This document shows, piece by piece, positions 18,902 to 28,968 of a stretch of 64,000 bases of DNA (the stretch's first letter is position 1; each line of letters opens with the position of its first letter). The position numbers were made by a program, and so were the translations under genes. The notes under the pieces are model-generated. The model worked only from the letters and a program-made list of their open reading frames with translations. It had not been told where the DNA came from and searched no databases. Source of the stretch: an uncultured delta proteobacterium (GTDB taxonomy: Bacteria; Myxococcota_A; Polyangia; Polyangiales; Houyiibacteriaceae); NCBI GenBank assembly GCA_963699755.1, contig CAVOVB010000010.1:1-64000 (forward strand), written 5' to 3'.

Positions 18902-20208
18902 GCCGCCACCTCAACCGCTTCGAGGTCTTCAACGATCTGATCGAGCAGCTCCTCGACACCCAAGGCGCCTTCGATCGTCTTCGCGTCCGGGTCGACCAGC
19001 TTGATCGCGTTCGCGTAGTGCTTCTCGCAGACGGCGACCGAGTGACCGCCGCGTTTCGCCGCAAGAAAGATGCTCGCCGCGCCGTAGATCGACGGGCTAC
19101 TCGCCAGCACCGATTGACACGTTTTTCGAAGCCCATGCCACTTGAAATCGTCGGGCGCGTCGTGCTCGTTCTTCAGTCGCCGCCGTGCTGCCTCGATCTG
19201 CCCGTAGCTCATCGGCCACACACGACCCTTCCCTTCAGTGATCTCGTGCTGCGCGTCGAGTAGCCGTTGCAACATCGGCGATTCGTCTATGCTTACGTCG
19301 CGGGTCTTGCCGGTCTTCGTCCCTTGGCCGACGTGGATCACGTTCCGGTCGAAGTCAACGTCTTTCCATTCGACCTTCAGCGCCTCGGAGTCGGGGCGCA
19401 TCCCGGTCAGCAAAACGAACGCCGCGAACGGACCGATCGGCTCATGCCGTAGCGTGCTGCCCTTCTCGCCGCAATCCTTCTCCGCTCGGGTCATGCTGAA
19501 GGTCTCTTCGTCGTGTTCGATGCAGGCTTGCAGAAGGTGCTCGATCTCCAACGCCGTCAGCGCACGCGCCGCCGTGGACTGACCCGGCTTCGCCTTGGCG
19601 CGGTAGTGCTCGCTGAAGAAGATGACAGCTTCCCAAGTCAGCTTGGAAAATGCCTCGCGCTTGACCAAGTACCGAAGAGTCGTGCCGATGGAGGTCAGCT
19701 GTTTGTTGATCGTGCGAGGTGCCCGACGTTCGCCGGTGCTAACCTGCGTGCCTCGCTTGGTGCCCCTCCCAGTGCGGCGCTTGGGTTCGTTGATCAGCCA
19801 CTCGCGGAACGCCATCAGCTTGCGGCGGTCGAGGTCGTCGGCTTTCCTGACGCCGTGCTGGGCGCACCATGCGATCAGCTTCTGGGTCGCGTTGCGGTAC
19901 TCCTTCAGCGTGCGCGGTCGAAGGTCAGGGTGCGCAGCGAAGTAGAGTTCGACGGTCTCGGCGATCGGTTTGCCGGTCTTGCGTGCCCCGCCCGTCTCCA
20001 ACTCCAGACGGCGACGCGCAAGCTGGTCTGAGAGCTTGCACGCATACGCCTCCCGCTGCGCTCGGGTTCGCAGGTTCGGACCGAGCGAGCGCCTCACCAT
20101 CTTGTCCCTGTCGGGGTCGCGGTATCGGACCCTCCAGCCGGTGCGGGCCTTCTCGTCGGGCCTGACCAATACGACCCCCGGGTGCCTCTTCTCTTTCCGA
20201 CGTGCCAT
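18898..20208 (-). CDS. Tyrosine recombinase/integrase of the tRNA-Cys island
   Basis: LTGMRP, TKTG, WHGLRK and GGHS...KHY catalytic motifs; GGAGGT RBS before MARRKE. Confidence 0.92.
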   Translation of the reverse strand: MARRKEKRHPGVVLVRPDEKARTGWRVRYRDPDRDKMVRRSLGPNLRTRAQREAYACKLSDQLARRRLELETGGARKTGKPIAETVELYFAAHPDLRPRTLKEYRNATQKLIAWCAQHGVRKADDLDRRKLMAFREWLINEPKRRTGRGTKRGTQVSTGERRAPRTINKQLTSIGTTLRYLVKREAFSKLTWEAVIFFSEHYRAKAKPGQSTAARALTALEIEHLLQACIEHDEETFSMTRAEKDCGEKGSTLRHEPIGPFAAFVLLTGMRPDSEALKVEWKDVDFDRNVIHVGQGTKTGKTRDVSIDESPMLQRLLDAQHEITEGKGRVWPMSYGQIEAARRRLKNEHDAPDDFKWHGLRKTCQSVLASSPSIYGAASIFLAAKRGGHSVAVCEKHYANAIKLVDPDAKTIEGALGVEELLDQIVEDLEAVEVAA

Positions 20209-20268
20209 GGCAAGACCTCCAGTCCGCGGTGCGAACCCCAGAACGGAGGTTTTCCACGCCTCCGTATT

Positions 20269-20292
20269 TGCTGGTACTCTTGCTGGTACTTT
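20269..20292 (+). repeat. Putative integrase arm-type sites (right), 2 x 12 bp
   Basis: TGCTGGTACTCT TGCTGGTACTTT. Confidence 0.75.
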
Positions 20293-20397
20293 TTCCCCAG
20301 TCAAGCGCGGACACCTCCATGAACTTCCGAAACGAGTTGACCCCGCAAAACACGGACGAAAGTGTAATTTCTTCAATGGTTCCGAAACCCCAGTTTT

Positions 20398-20446
20398 AGG
20401 TTTGCAAAACCTCCATTCGCTGGTTCGAATCCAGTCGGCGCCTCCA
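20398..20446 (+). repeat. attR, 49 bp duplicate of the tRNA-Cys 3' end
   Basis: AGGTTTGCAAAACCTCCATTCGCTGGTTCGAATCCAGTCGGCGCCTCCA. Confidence 0.95.
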
Positions 20447-20508
20447 TTCTCCGGCCCTATCTTCCCGCTCCACGCGGTCGTTGGAATGCTCGTTTACTTT
20501 ACTGGATG

Positions 20509-20691
20509 TTAAAGAAGGAGGTTACGGGCACCGTCACGACGCGGGACGATGAACCTGAGCATCACCTGTCTTGCTTGGGCGTCCCAGAGCGAATAGCCGA
20601 CGTCCTCGTGAAAGGAATCGTCAGTGCCGAGGCGCCAGGCCGTCTTGGCGTAGCGAACGCCATAAAGAGCCGGCTCGTGGTTCTCGACCAA
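20509..20691 (-). pseudogene. Internal fragment of a nitrobindin/DUF1794 heme beta-barrel gene
   Basis: VENHEPALYGVRYAKTAWRLGTDDSFHEDVGYSLWDAQARQVMLRFIVPR; both ends missing. Confidence 0.65.
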
Positions 20692-20767
20692 TCCAAATCG
20701 AAGAACTGCTCACGACCGGCGGGGTCGCTGGCGCACCAAGACTCCGAAAAGGGCGCGGGCGCTTCGT

Positions 20768-21865
20768 CTACTTCGGTAGCGCCGGTTCTTCGAGCATTCC
20801 GCCGCAGTCGAGCGCACTGAGGAACGCCACTAACGAAGACAGCTCCTCGTCGCTCAGTCCTCGATCGGCCAGGAGCGCGGTCTTGTTCTTGTTGTCGATG
20901 CCGCCGGTCGCCATGAGCTTCACGGCTTCGGCCAAGGTCGCCACCGAGCCGTCGTGGAAATATGGCGCGGCCTTGGAGGCGTTGCGAAGCGAGGGCACCT
21001 TGAACGCAGCCCAATCGGAGTCCTCTTGGCTGACCGCATACCTACCGGTGTCGATTTCATTCTCGGCTTTCCCCGCGGTACCGATGCCCACGTTGTAATA
21101 GAGCCCGCCTGGAACCCCCATCGCGCTCGAGAAGAGCGGAGGCGCGTGGCATACGGCGCACTGCCCTCTTCCCATGAACAGCGCCCAGCCTCGCTTCTGT
21201 TCATCACTGAGCGCGCTCTCGTCGCCCCCGGCGTACTTGTCGTACGCGGTGTCCTTGCAGATCAGCGTGCGCTCGTAGGCCGAAATCGCTTTAGCGATGG
21301 TGTCAGGCGTCACTCCTTCTTCGGGGAACACTTTGTCGAATTGCTTCTTGTACCCTTTGATCTTCCCAATCTCGGCTGCTTTGCCCGCCAGGTTTTCTGC
21401 GCCGACGCCCATGTTGCCGCCGCCCCATGCGCCCTTCGCCTGTGCTTCCAGGCTCGCGGCTCGGCCGTCCCAGTAGAACGCGTCGAAGTACGCCGTATTC
21501 CAGATCACCGGACTGTGCCGCGTCAGCTGCTTCCCTTTCGCGCCGACGGCGAGTGACGTCTCTCCGCCGTTGCCATGCTCGTTTTGGTGGCACGAGTAAC
21601 AGGAGCGCGTGCCATCGACGCTCAGACGCGAGTCGAAGAAGAGTTGATGCCCCAGCGCAATCTTTTCCGCAGTTTGAGGATTGTCCTCGGGAATCTTGAG
21701 CTCTGGAAAATCCGCCGGCGCCATCGGCAGCTCCACCTTGTCGGCAGGCGGCACTGGTGGCTGCGCGGCCTGCTCCTCGTCAGGCTTCTTCTTGCAAGCC
21801 GGGAGGCAGAGGACGATGAAGAGGCCCGCGGCAAGCGCGCGCCGTGTGCAGGTTGTGCTCGACAT
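20768..21865 (-). CDS. Di-heme cytochrome c peroxidase (bCcP/MauG family) lipoprotein
   Basis: LPAC lipobox, LFFDSRLS, CYSCH, YWDGRA, CAVCH, FKVPSLRN, PYFHDG. Confidence 0.93.
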   Translation of the reverse strand: MSSTTCTRRALAAGLFIVLCLPACKKKPDEEQAAQPPVPPADKVELPMAPADFPELKIPEDNPQTAEKIALGHQLFFDSRLSVDGTRSCYSCHQNEHGNGGETSLAVGAKGKQLTRHSPVIWNTAYFDAFYWDGRAASLEAQAKGAWGGGNMGVGAENLAGKAAEIGKIKGYKKQFDKVFPEEGVTPDTIAKAISAYERTLICKDTAYDKYAGGDESALSDEQKRGWALFMGRGQCAVCHAPPLFSSAMGVPGGLYYNVGIGTAGKAENEIDTGRYAVSQEDSDWAAFKVPSLRNASKAAPYFHDGSVATLAEAVKLMATGGIDNKNKTALLADRGLSDEELSSLVAFLSALDCGGMLEEPALPK

Positions 21866-21936
21866 GGCGTGATTATCGAGACAGCTCCGCGTTCTGGCAA
21901 GGCGAGAAGCCCAATTACGCCTCTGAGGGGCTGTTT

Positions 21937-23202
21937 CTAGGTTCTGGTCTTCCCAATCTGTTCGGCCAGGCTCCGGGCCTCGACGATGTTGTCCTCGATC
22001 GAGCAATAGGTCCAGGCACCGTAGCGACCGATCGAATGAACATCCTGCGCGGCAAGCAGCTCCCGCTTGTTCGCGGCGGCGGCGATCGACTCCGTCGTGA
22101 TGTGGACGTAAGCAGGGTCGAGCAGCACGTCGTGAGATGCGATGAGTGACTGATTGCGGAGCACGCCGCAGCTCTGGAGATCGGCGAGCACCCTCGCTTT
22201 CAGTGCTCCCCGGTCGTCCTCCGAGAGATCGACGTCAAACGGCACGCCAACCTCGACGTACAAGCTCATCCGGTCTGAATCGAAGATGTTGTCGTAGAAG
22301 CCGACGCGATAGAAGCAAATGTCTCGCTGGGGATAGTAGATCCAATGGACATCGGGCGGCCCCTTGCTGTCGAAACCAAGATTGAACACCTGTACTTTGT
22401 TATGGCTGAAGACCGCCGAATCATAGGGAATCGCGCACATGTCGAGCAGCGATATCAACGGCGCGCTATTGATCAGAAACTCATAGCCAATCTGCCGCGC
22501 GCTCGTCGTCGCCACCTTGGCCCCGAGGTCGATGCCGAGGACCCGTTCTCTTACCGCGATTTGGTCGCTCCGAACGCCCTTGGCGAGCGCATCGACGTAT
22601 TGAATCGCCCCGCCCTCCGGATAGGTAAACGTCGCGTTGTAGCCATCGATGCTAGGCGTATCAGCATGGCGAATGATTTCCTCCGCGCTGACCTGAGGAA
22701 AGAACCTGCCCATCGCGTCAGGGTCGAGCGCGGCCAGGTTCAAGGCATAGAGCTTCTCGTTGTACGGAATTAGAAACTTCTCGGCGATGCCTCGGCCGTA
22801 GCGCGCGTAAAGCATCTCCTTGAAGCTCCTGACCTTTCCTTTGGGCCTGTCCCGGAGATCCGATAGGCATTGCTCGTACTCCGCCTGAGGAAGCTGATGG
22901 ATGTTCTTCTGAAAGGGGAAATCAATGAAGCGTTCGCGGTACCAAATACGACTGTCTCGCTGCACACGGAGGATCTCTTGACCGCCCATCCGATCGACGA
23001 GGTACTCCTCGATCTCCGGGTGACGAAAATGGAAGAAGTGCCCAGCGTAGTCCCAGACGAACCCGTCACGCCTGATCGTGCGACAGTAACCCCCAATCTC
23101 GTCTTCGGCTTCGACGATCAAGTAGTCGTCCACTCCCAGCCAATCGGCAAAGGCGAGGCCGCTGACGCCCGCTCCGATGATGAGGTAGCGCGTCCGCTCC
23201 AC
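21937..23202 (-). CDS. FAD-dependent oxidoreductase (UDP-galactopyranose mutase/HemY-like superfamily)
   Basis: IIGAGVSGL, GGYCRT, DYAGHFFH, PYNEKLY, GRYGAWTY. Confidence 0.8.
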   Translation of the reverse strand: MERTRYLIIGAGVSGLAFADWLGVDDYLIVEAEDEIGGYCRTIRRDGFVWDYAGHFFHFRHPEIEEYLVDRMGGQEILRVQRDSRIWYRERFIDFPFQKNIHQLPQAEYEQCLSDLRDRPKGKVRSFKEMLYARYGRGIAEKFLIPYNEKLYALNLAALDPDAMGRFFPQVSAEEIIRHADTPSIDGYNATFTYPEGGAIQYVDALAKGVRSDQIAVRERVLGIDLGAKVATTSARQIGYEFLINSAPLISLLDMCAIPYDSAVFSHNKVQVFNLGFDSKGPPDVHWIYYPQRDICFYRVGFYDNIFDSDRMSLYVEVGVPFDVDLSEDDRGALKARVLADLQSCGVLRNQSLIASHDVLLDPAYVHITTESIAAAANKRELLAAQDVHSIGRYGAWTYCSIEDNIVEARSLAEQIGKTRT

Positions 23203-23203
23203 A

Positions 23204-24115
23204 CTAACGACCTAGCACATCGGGGCCGGTGGCGGTGAAACCGCGGACGACGCGGATACCCTCGTCGATGCGCCGACCGAGGGCCACGGGCTCGCCGTCA
23301 GGCGCGAATAGAGCTAGTGACTCCTCGGGCGAGGCGTCCCGCCAACCGTCGTCGGCGATCACTTGGGGACCGATGGGCCGGCCGAGGCGTGCGCGGGCGA
23401 CGCCTTCGTCGCTGAGCTCGACCCGCCGCAACACGCCGCAGGCCTCACGCAAAGGAATCATGTGGTCGGCGATCGCCTCGGCGCTCATCTCGTCGCCGCA
23501 AAGCGCCGAGTCGATCGAAAACGCGCCGCTCGACGTCCTGCGCAGGCTCTTGACGTGCCCAAGCGTTCCGAGCGCCCGGGCGAGATCGCGCGCCAACGAC
23601 CGCACGTAGAAACCTTTGCCACAATGAAGGTTCAGGACGAGCTTCTCTCGGGTGACAGTTCTGACCGTAGCCGAGTAGAGCTCCACCTCCCGCACGGGCG
23701 CCTCGACGTCCTCGCCGCGACGCATTCGCCGGTGAAGCGCTGTGCCGCCGACCTTGATCGCGCTCAGCTTGGGAGCCACTTGGGGGTGACGCCCAATGAA
23801 AGGCCGAAGCGCCGCCTCGACAGCTGCCCGATCGAGCGGAGGCACGTCTGCCGTTTGGACGATGTCGCCGTCCGCGTCGAGCGAATCCGTCTCTGCGCCG
23901 AGGGCGATGCTCACCTCGTAGCGCTTGTCGTCGGACTGGAGATGGGAGACCAGCTTCGTCCCCTCTCCGACGGCAACGACCAAGACGCCGGTTGCAAGCG
24001 GATCGAGCGTCCCCGCATGACCGACCGACCGCTGTCCAATCGCCTTGCGGACGCGCTGCACTACATCGTGGGAGGTGCATCCGGCCGGCTTGTCGACGAT
24101 CAAAACACCGTTCAT
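23204..24115 (-). CDS. truB: tRNA pseudouridine(55) synthase
   Basis: DKPAGCTSHDVV, GHAGTLDPLATG, GFYVRSLARD; operon context. Confidence 0.96.
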   Translation of the reverse strand: MNGVLIVDKPAGCTSHDVVQRVRKAIGQRSVGHAGTLDPLATGVLVVAVGEGTKLVSHLQSDDKRYEVSIALGAETDSLDADGDIVQTADVPPLDRAAVEAALRPFIGRHPQVAPKLSAIKVGGTALHRRMRRGEDVEAPVREVELYSATVRTVTREKLVLNLHCGKGFYVRSLARDLARALGTLGHVKSLRRTSSGAFSIDSALCGDEMSAEAIADHMIPLREACGVLRRVELSDEGVARARLGRPIGPQVIADDGWRDASPEESLALFAPDGEPVALGRRIDEGIRVVRGFTATGPDVLGR

Positions 24116-25092
24116 CCGAAGTATTTGGCGAGCTCGGCCCGTAAGAGCTTCTCGGCCTCGTCGATTGAAACGTCGAGCTGGGTCGCTGCCGCGGCGCGAT
24201 GCCCACCGCCATTGAGAGCCGTCGCGATCAGTGAAACGTCGGCATTGCCGCTCGAGCGCAGGCTGATCTTGGTTTCGAGCCGCTCGCCCGACGCGTCGCG
24301 AACAGGCCACTGCCAGAGCAAGGCCCCAATCTCAGCGCCTTCGACGCGCCGTGCGTAGTTCACCATGCCTTCCACCATATCGTCATTTGCTCCGCATGCT
24401 GCGAGCATCTCCCGAGATACACGCATGATTGCGACCCGGCCGTCGAATGCGAAATCGAGCGTCGCGATGATCGCCGAGAGCAACTTGAGCCGCGCTGGCT
24501 CCCACCGTTCGAACAAGTGATAGGCAACCTGCCAGGGGTTTGCCCCTTCTTCGACGAGCCGGGCACCCAGGCGCAGCGTCGCGGGCCTGGTCGTCGAGTA
24601 TCGAAAGCCTCCGGTGTCCGACAGGATAGCCGCGTAGATCGGCGTTGCGGCTCCTTCCGGAAGCGAGTCCAGTCCGAGTCCCTCGATGAGCTGTACGACG
24701 ACCTCGCCCGTCGCCGCTGCATCGGTGTCTCGATAGACGATGTCACCGACGTCGTCGTGAGCGTGATGGTGGTCGATGATGATGACCGGCCCCGTGACCT
24801 CGGGCTCGGGGAAGCCGGGCGGCAGGAGGGCTTTTGCGGCGATGTCCATCACCCACGTAGCGTCGAAGCGCATACCCGGAGGGATCTCCGCAAGGCCCTG
24901 CTCGCCGTCCATCAAGAACAACAAGGAGTCCGGAATCGCTTCGGGCATGAAGAGCATCGCTTCTTTCCCGATCGCACGAAGGGTCTTGATGAGCCCGAGA
25001 GCCGAGCCGAGCGAGTCCGCATCGGGGCGACGATGGCAGGCCACCAAAAATTGCTCCCCGCTGCGTGCAACCTCGAGCACTTCTTCGATCAC
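24112..25092 (-). CDS. nrnA: DHH/DHHA1 phosphoesterase (NrnA-like)
   Basis: HRRPDADSLGS, IDHH, SDTGGF, GGGHRAA. Confidence 0.9.
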   Translation of the reverse strand: MIEEVLEVARSGEQFLVACHRRPDADSLGSALGLIKTLRAIGKEAMLFMPEAIPDSLLFLMDGEQGLAEIPPGMRFDATWVMDIAAKALLPPGFPEPEVTGPVIIIDHHHAHDDVGDIVYRDTDAAATGEVVVQLIEGLGLDSLPEGAATPIYAAILSDTGGFRYSTTRPATLRLGARLVEEGANPWQVAYHLFERWEPARLKLLSAIIATLDFAFDGRVAIMRVSREMLAACGANDDMVEGMVNYARRVEGAEIGALLWQWPVRDASGERLETKISLRSSGNADVSLIATALNGGGHRAAAATQLDVSIDEAEKLLRAELAKYFG

Positions 25093-25478
25093 TTGGAACC
25101 CTCCGTGCCCGTATCGGGATTTTCGCGAATTTCCTGCAGGATCGATTCAATTCGAAGCGCCGAGTCCACGACCTCGTCCCAGTAGAACTCGAGGGACGGC
25201 ACGTGTCGAAGCTGGAGCCGTTGTCCGATCTCGTGCCGAAGAAAGCCACTGGCGCGCTGCATGGCCGCGACGACGCGGTCCTGACGGTCCGCGTCGATCT
25301 CCTCGAGGACACGCACGTAGATTCGGGCGATGCTCAAGTCGTCCGTCATTCGCACCGCGGAAATCACGACGTCCTTGGCGGCCGGGTCGCGGACGCTACC
25401 GCGCAACATCAGCTCCATCAGCTCGCTCCGAATGCGCTCCGAAACGCGGTCCGCTCTTCGAAAACCCTTTTGCGCCAT
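25089..25478 (-). CDS. rbfA: Ribosome-binding factor A
   Basis: RADRVSERIR, DLSIARIYV, LRHVPSLEF. Confidence 0.95.
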   Translation of the reverse strand: MAQKGFRRADRVSERIRSELMELMLRGSVRDPAAKDVVISAVRMTDDLSIARIYVRVLEEIDADRQDRVVAAMQRASGFLRHEIGQRLQLRHVPSLEFYWDEVVDSALRIESILQEIRENPDTGTEGSK

Positions 25479-25481
25479 CGT

Positions 25482-25793
25482 TCAGCCCGTCCAATCCCCG
25501 AGATCGCCGATGGACACGAGCTCCGTCGAGCGATTCAGGACGACCGTGTCTGCGGAGCCCTCTACGAACGCTCCGATCGAATCGAGCATCGAATTCGCGT
25601 GACGCCGGTCACTCGAGACCACGACGAAGCCGAGCGTGGTGAAGCGATGCGCATCCTGCTGCCCGACCTCGGCCACCGCCACGTTGAAGCGATTCGCAGT
25701 GCGGTCAAGTACTTTACGCAGGATCGACCGCTTGGCCTTCAGCGAGGTCACACCCGGCAACGAGAGCGAAATCTGGCATACGCCAACGACCAT
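25482..25793 (-). CDS. DUF503 (YlxP) family protein
   Basis: SLKAKRSI...FNVAVAEVGQQD; position between infB and rbfA. Confidence 0.92.
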   Translation of the reverse strand: MVVGVCQISLSLPGVTSLKAKRSILRKVLDRTANRFNVAVAEVGQQDAHRFTTLGFVVVSSDRRHANSMLDSIGAFVEGSADTVVLNRSTELVSIGDLGDWTG

Positions 25794-25816
25794 GTTCAGA
25801 CCTCTTGACGCTCAGC

Positions 25817-28348
25817 TCATTCGAGAGTCGCCTCGACCTGCTTCTCTTCGTAACACTCGATGATGTCTTGCTCTTTGATGTCGTTGAACCCCTGAAGACC
25901 GATGCCGCATTCCATGCCGGCCTGGACTTCCTTGGTGTCCTCTTTGAAGCGACGGAGCGATCCCATCGGTCCCTCCCAAACGACCACACCGTCGCGCACC
26001 AGACGCGCCTTGGCGCCGCGGTTGATTTTGCCTTCGAGGACCATGCAGCCTGCGATGGTGCCAATCTTCGGGATGCCGAACGTTTGCCGAACCTCTGCCT
26101 TGCCAAGATCCTCCTGGACGATCTTCGGCGCGAGGAGGCCCTTCATCGCTGCCTTCACGTCATCGATGGCCTCGTAGATGACGCTGTAGGTTCGGATCTC
26201 GACCCCCTCTTTCTTGGCCGTCGATGAGGCCTTCCCCTGCGGCCGCACGTTGAAGCCGAGGACGATCGCCTGCGATGCGCTGGCAAGCATGACGTCGTTT
26301 TCGGTGATGCCGCCGACGCCCGTATGAATGACGTTGACCTTGACCTTCTCGGTGGCCAGGTCGCTCAAGGCGCCCTGCAGAGCCTCCACCGACCCTTGCA
26401 CATCCGCCTTGACCACGAGCCGAAGCTCCTGGACGTCGCCGCTTTGCATGAGAGCCTGGAACTGATCGAGACCTCGGAGGCCGCCGCTCGGTGCGACGCT
26501 GGCCGTCCCCGGCTTCTTTCGCGCTCCGGCCACCTGCTGGGCCTTTCGCTGGTCGGTCACCTCGTAGAAGAGGTCGCCCGCTGCCGGGAGCTCGGCCAAT
26601 CCGAGCACCTCGACCGGCGTTGCCGGGCCAGCGCTCGCCAGCGGATGACCGCGGTCGTCTGTCATCGCGCGAACGCGACCCCAGGATCCGCCCGCTACGA
26701 CGTAGTCCCCCGCATCCAAAGAACCATCTCTTATCAGCACGTTAGCAACAGGACCTCGGCCGCGATCGAGATAGGCCTCGAGCACCACGCCCTCGGCCGG
26801 GATGCTCGGGTTCGCCGTGAGCTCGAGAACCTCCGCTTGAAGCAAGACATTCTCGAGAAGGCTATCGATCCCTTCACCAGTGATGGCCGAACAAGGAACG
26901 AAGACCGTGTCTCCGCCCCAATCCTCGGGCTGCAGTCCCAATGCAGCAAGCTGGTTCCTCACGGTGTCCGGGTTCGCTTCAGGCTTGTCGATCTTGTTGA
27001 CCGCGACGACGATCGGAACCTTCGCCGCCTGAGCGTGGGCCACCGCCTCTTTGGTCTGGGGCATGACCCCGTCGTCAGCAGCTACCACGAGGATGACGAT
27101 GTCGGTCGCCTGGGCACCCCGGGCGCGCATCGCGGTAAAGGCTTCGTGGCCTGGTGTATCGAGGAACACGATCGTTCCGTGGCTGGTATCGACACGATAC
27201 GCGCCGATGTGTTGAGTGATGCCGCCGGCCTCGCCCGCGACGACGTCGGCTGCGCGAATCTTGTCGAGGAGTGATGTCTTGCCGTGGTCAACGTGACCCA
27301 TGACGGTCACGACCGGTGGACGATGCGATCGGTCGCCTGCCTTGTCCTCGAACTCGCCGCGTGCATCGCCGACGATTTCATCCTCGCTCATCGCGACGTT
27401 CTCGACCTCGTAGTTGAACTCACCGGCCAAGACCGCGGCAGTATCCGCATCGAGGGTGCTGTTGATGTGCACGCCCGAGACGCCGAGCTCCATCAACTTC
27501 ATCAAGACGTCGGTCGCCTTGAGGCTCATGCGCTGCGCGAGTGTTTGAAGCTGAACGTTGTCGTCGATGCGGATCACACGCTTCTGCGCGCCTGGTACCG
27601 TAATTTCAGTCTGTTTCGGCTTCTTGCCGGGCTGCAGGCGCTTTTTGCCGGGGCGTCCTTGCGGGCGCCCGGTGGGCCCGATTGACGAACGGCCCCGGAT
27701 CTCACGACGTCGAGGGGACTGCTGCTCCCGCTGCGCGGCATGCTCGGCGACAATGCGTCGACGTGCGCCTTCGGAGAGGGGTGTGGCACTCGGGGCCTTG
27801 GCCTTGCCGCGACGCATGACGCCGGGCGGAAGCGGATCATGGGCGAAGCGACCCTGCTCGCCAAGCTCTTGCGGAGACTCGGGTCCAGGCAGCGGCTGCG
27901 TCCCCCATTGGTCTGGTTCGGGTTCTGACTCCGGTGTAGGCGTCGAAGCGGGCATCGGGGTCGTCTCGGCTGCCGCCGGCGTTTCGACCGGGGCTGGTTC
28001 CGGCTCGATGATGGGCTCTGGCATGGGCGTCGGCGCGACAGGTGCTGGAGTAGCTTCGATCGACCGCGCCTCGACCGGCCGGCTTGCGGGCGGCTCCGCT
28101 GCGGCCTGCTCTGCTTCCTCGGGATGCTTGCGTCGCTTTCGACGCACGACGGTCGGTCGAATTCGTTCCTCGACCATCGCCTCGCTGCGGTCCTTGCCAA
28201 GCGAGCGTTTGATGCGGTCCACTTCGACCGAATCCAGAACGCTCATGTGATTGCGCACCTGGATCCCAAGAGTCGCGATCCGCTGGATCAGGTCGCGATT
28301 CTCGACCCCCAACTCCCGAGCGACCTCGTAGACTCGAACCTTAGTCAT
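25817..28348 (-). CDS. infB: Translation initiation factor IF-2
   Basis: [34 protein letters not shown]. Confidence 0.98.
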   Translation of the reverse strand: MTKVRVYEVARELGVENRDLIQRIATLGIQVRNHMSVLDSVEVDRIKRSLGKDRSEAMVEERIRPTVVRRKRRKHPEEAEQAAAEPPASRPVEARSIEATPAPVAPTPMPEPIIEPEPAPVETPAAAETTPMPASTPTPESEPEPDQWGTQPLPGPESPQELGEQGRFAHDPLPPGVMRRGKAKAPSATPLSEGARRRIVAEHAAQREQQSPRRREIRGRSSIGPTGRPQGRPGKKRLQPGKKPKQTEITVPGAQKRVIRIDDNVQLQTLAQRMSLKATDVLMKLMELGVSGVHINSTLDADTAAVLAGEFNYEVENVAMSEDEIVGDARGEFEDKAGDRSHRPPVVTVMGHVDHGKTSLLDKIRAADVVAGEAGGITQHIGAYRVDTSHGTIVFLDTPGHEAFTAMRARGAQATDIVILVVAADDGVMPQTKEAVAHAQAAKVPIVVAVNKIDKPEANPDTVRNQLAALGLQPEDWGGDTVFVPCSAITGEGIDSLLENVLLQAEVLELTANPSIPAEGVVLEAYLDRGRGPVANVLIRDGSLDAGDYVVAGGSWGRVRAMTDDRGHPLASAGPATPVEVLGLAELPAAGDLFYEVTDQRKAQQVAGARKKPGTASVAPSGGLRGLDQFQALMQSGDVQELRLVVKADVQGSVEALQGALSDLATEKVKVNVIHTGVGGITENDVMLASASQAIVLGFNVRPQGKASSTAKKEGVEIRTYSVIYEAIDDVKAAMKGLLAPKIVQEDLGKAEVRQTFGIPKIGTIAGCMVLEGKINRGAKARLVRDGVVVWEGPMGSLRRFKEDTKEVQAGMECGIGLQGFNDIKEQDIIECYEEKQVEATLE

Positions 28349-28944
28349 CCATCCTCCGATAGTGCCTCTACGTGCGACAGGCAATCGAGGACCGCGCGAG
28401 CGATACCCCGATCCGTCACCAGGGCGACGCCGAGCTCCGAACGACCAAACGCGTCCCCCAAGCTGGCCTTAGTCCCCCAAGTGACCGTCGCGCAACCTAG
28501 CGCCGTTGCGGCGCGCGCGAGCTCGAGCCCGCGGCCACGTGAATCTTTCGTGCGAATCAGCAAATCGCCCTTGTTTGCCTTCAGAGCGGAGCGAACCGCG
28601 TCGGTTCCCAGAGCGAGGCTGCGCGCACGCTGGGCCGAGCTGAGCAGGCCGAGGGCGCGTCGCTCAAATTGACTCACCACCATCCGTTCGATGCTTTCAG
28701 GCTCGACCTGAGCGACGCCGCGAAGCGCGCGAGCCAAGCCGCCACGGAGCGCAGCCGAGCGAATACAGGCCCGTTGCGGATGCACAGACACCCCGCGACC
28801 CCCGAGGCGCCGCCCGAGGTCGACGGCCACGAAGGGCGCGCTCGGCCCGACGACCAGCCGAACGAGATCCTGCCGTTCGGTGCGGCTTCCGCAGCCGGCG
28901 CACATCCGCCTCGAAGGCTGATCTGGTTCGCTCTTCTTGCCCAT
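28345..28944 (-). CDS. YlxR (DUF448) / L7Ae-like fusion RNA-binding protein
   Basis: RMCAGC...GGRGVSVH followed by LGLLSSAQRARSLALG...LGDAFGR. Confidence 0.85.
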   Translation of the reverse strand: MGKKSEPDQPSRRMCAGCGSRTERQDLVRLVVGPSAPFVAVDLGRRLGGRGVSVHPQRACIRSAALRGGLARALRGVAQVEPESIERMVVSQFERRALGLLSSAQRARSLALGTDAVRSALKANKGDLLIRTKDSRGRGLELARAATALGCATVTWGTKASLGDAFGRSELGVALVTDRGIARAVLDCLSHVEALSEDG

Positions 28945-28968
28945 GACACCCAGCATCGACGCGTACCC

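Larger units (their letters stand above)
14854..20446. mobile_element. 5.6 kb integrative genomic island in tRNA-Cys
   Basis: 49 bp direct repeats at both ends, integrase next to attR, arm-type repeats inside both ends. Confidence 0.93.

Noticed and set aside
20398..20446. Apparent second tRNA-Cys
   Set aside because: Lacks the 5' acceptor strand and D-arm; it is the attR duplication.
14854..20446. Classical integron interpretation of the island
   Set aside because: The integrase sits at a tRNA att with arm sites and does not resemble IntI by eye. There is only one attC-like hairpin, with non-canonical spacing, and the cargo genes have their own promoters.
28345..28944. YlxR-L7Ae fusion as a novelty
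   Set aside because: The two genes are normally adjacent in nusA-infB operons and fusions are already known; kept only as a feature.
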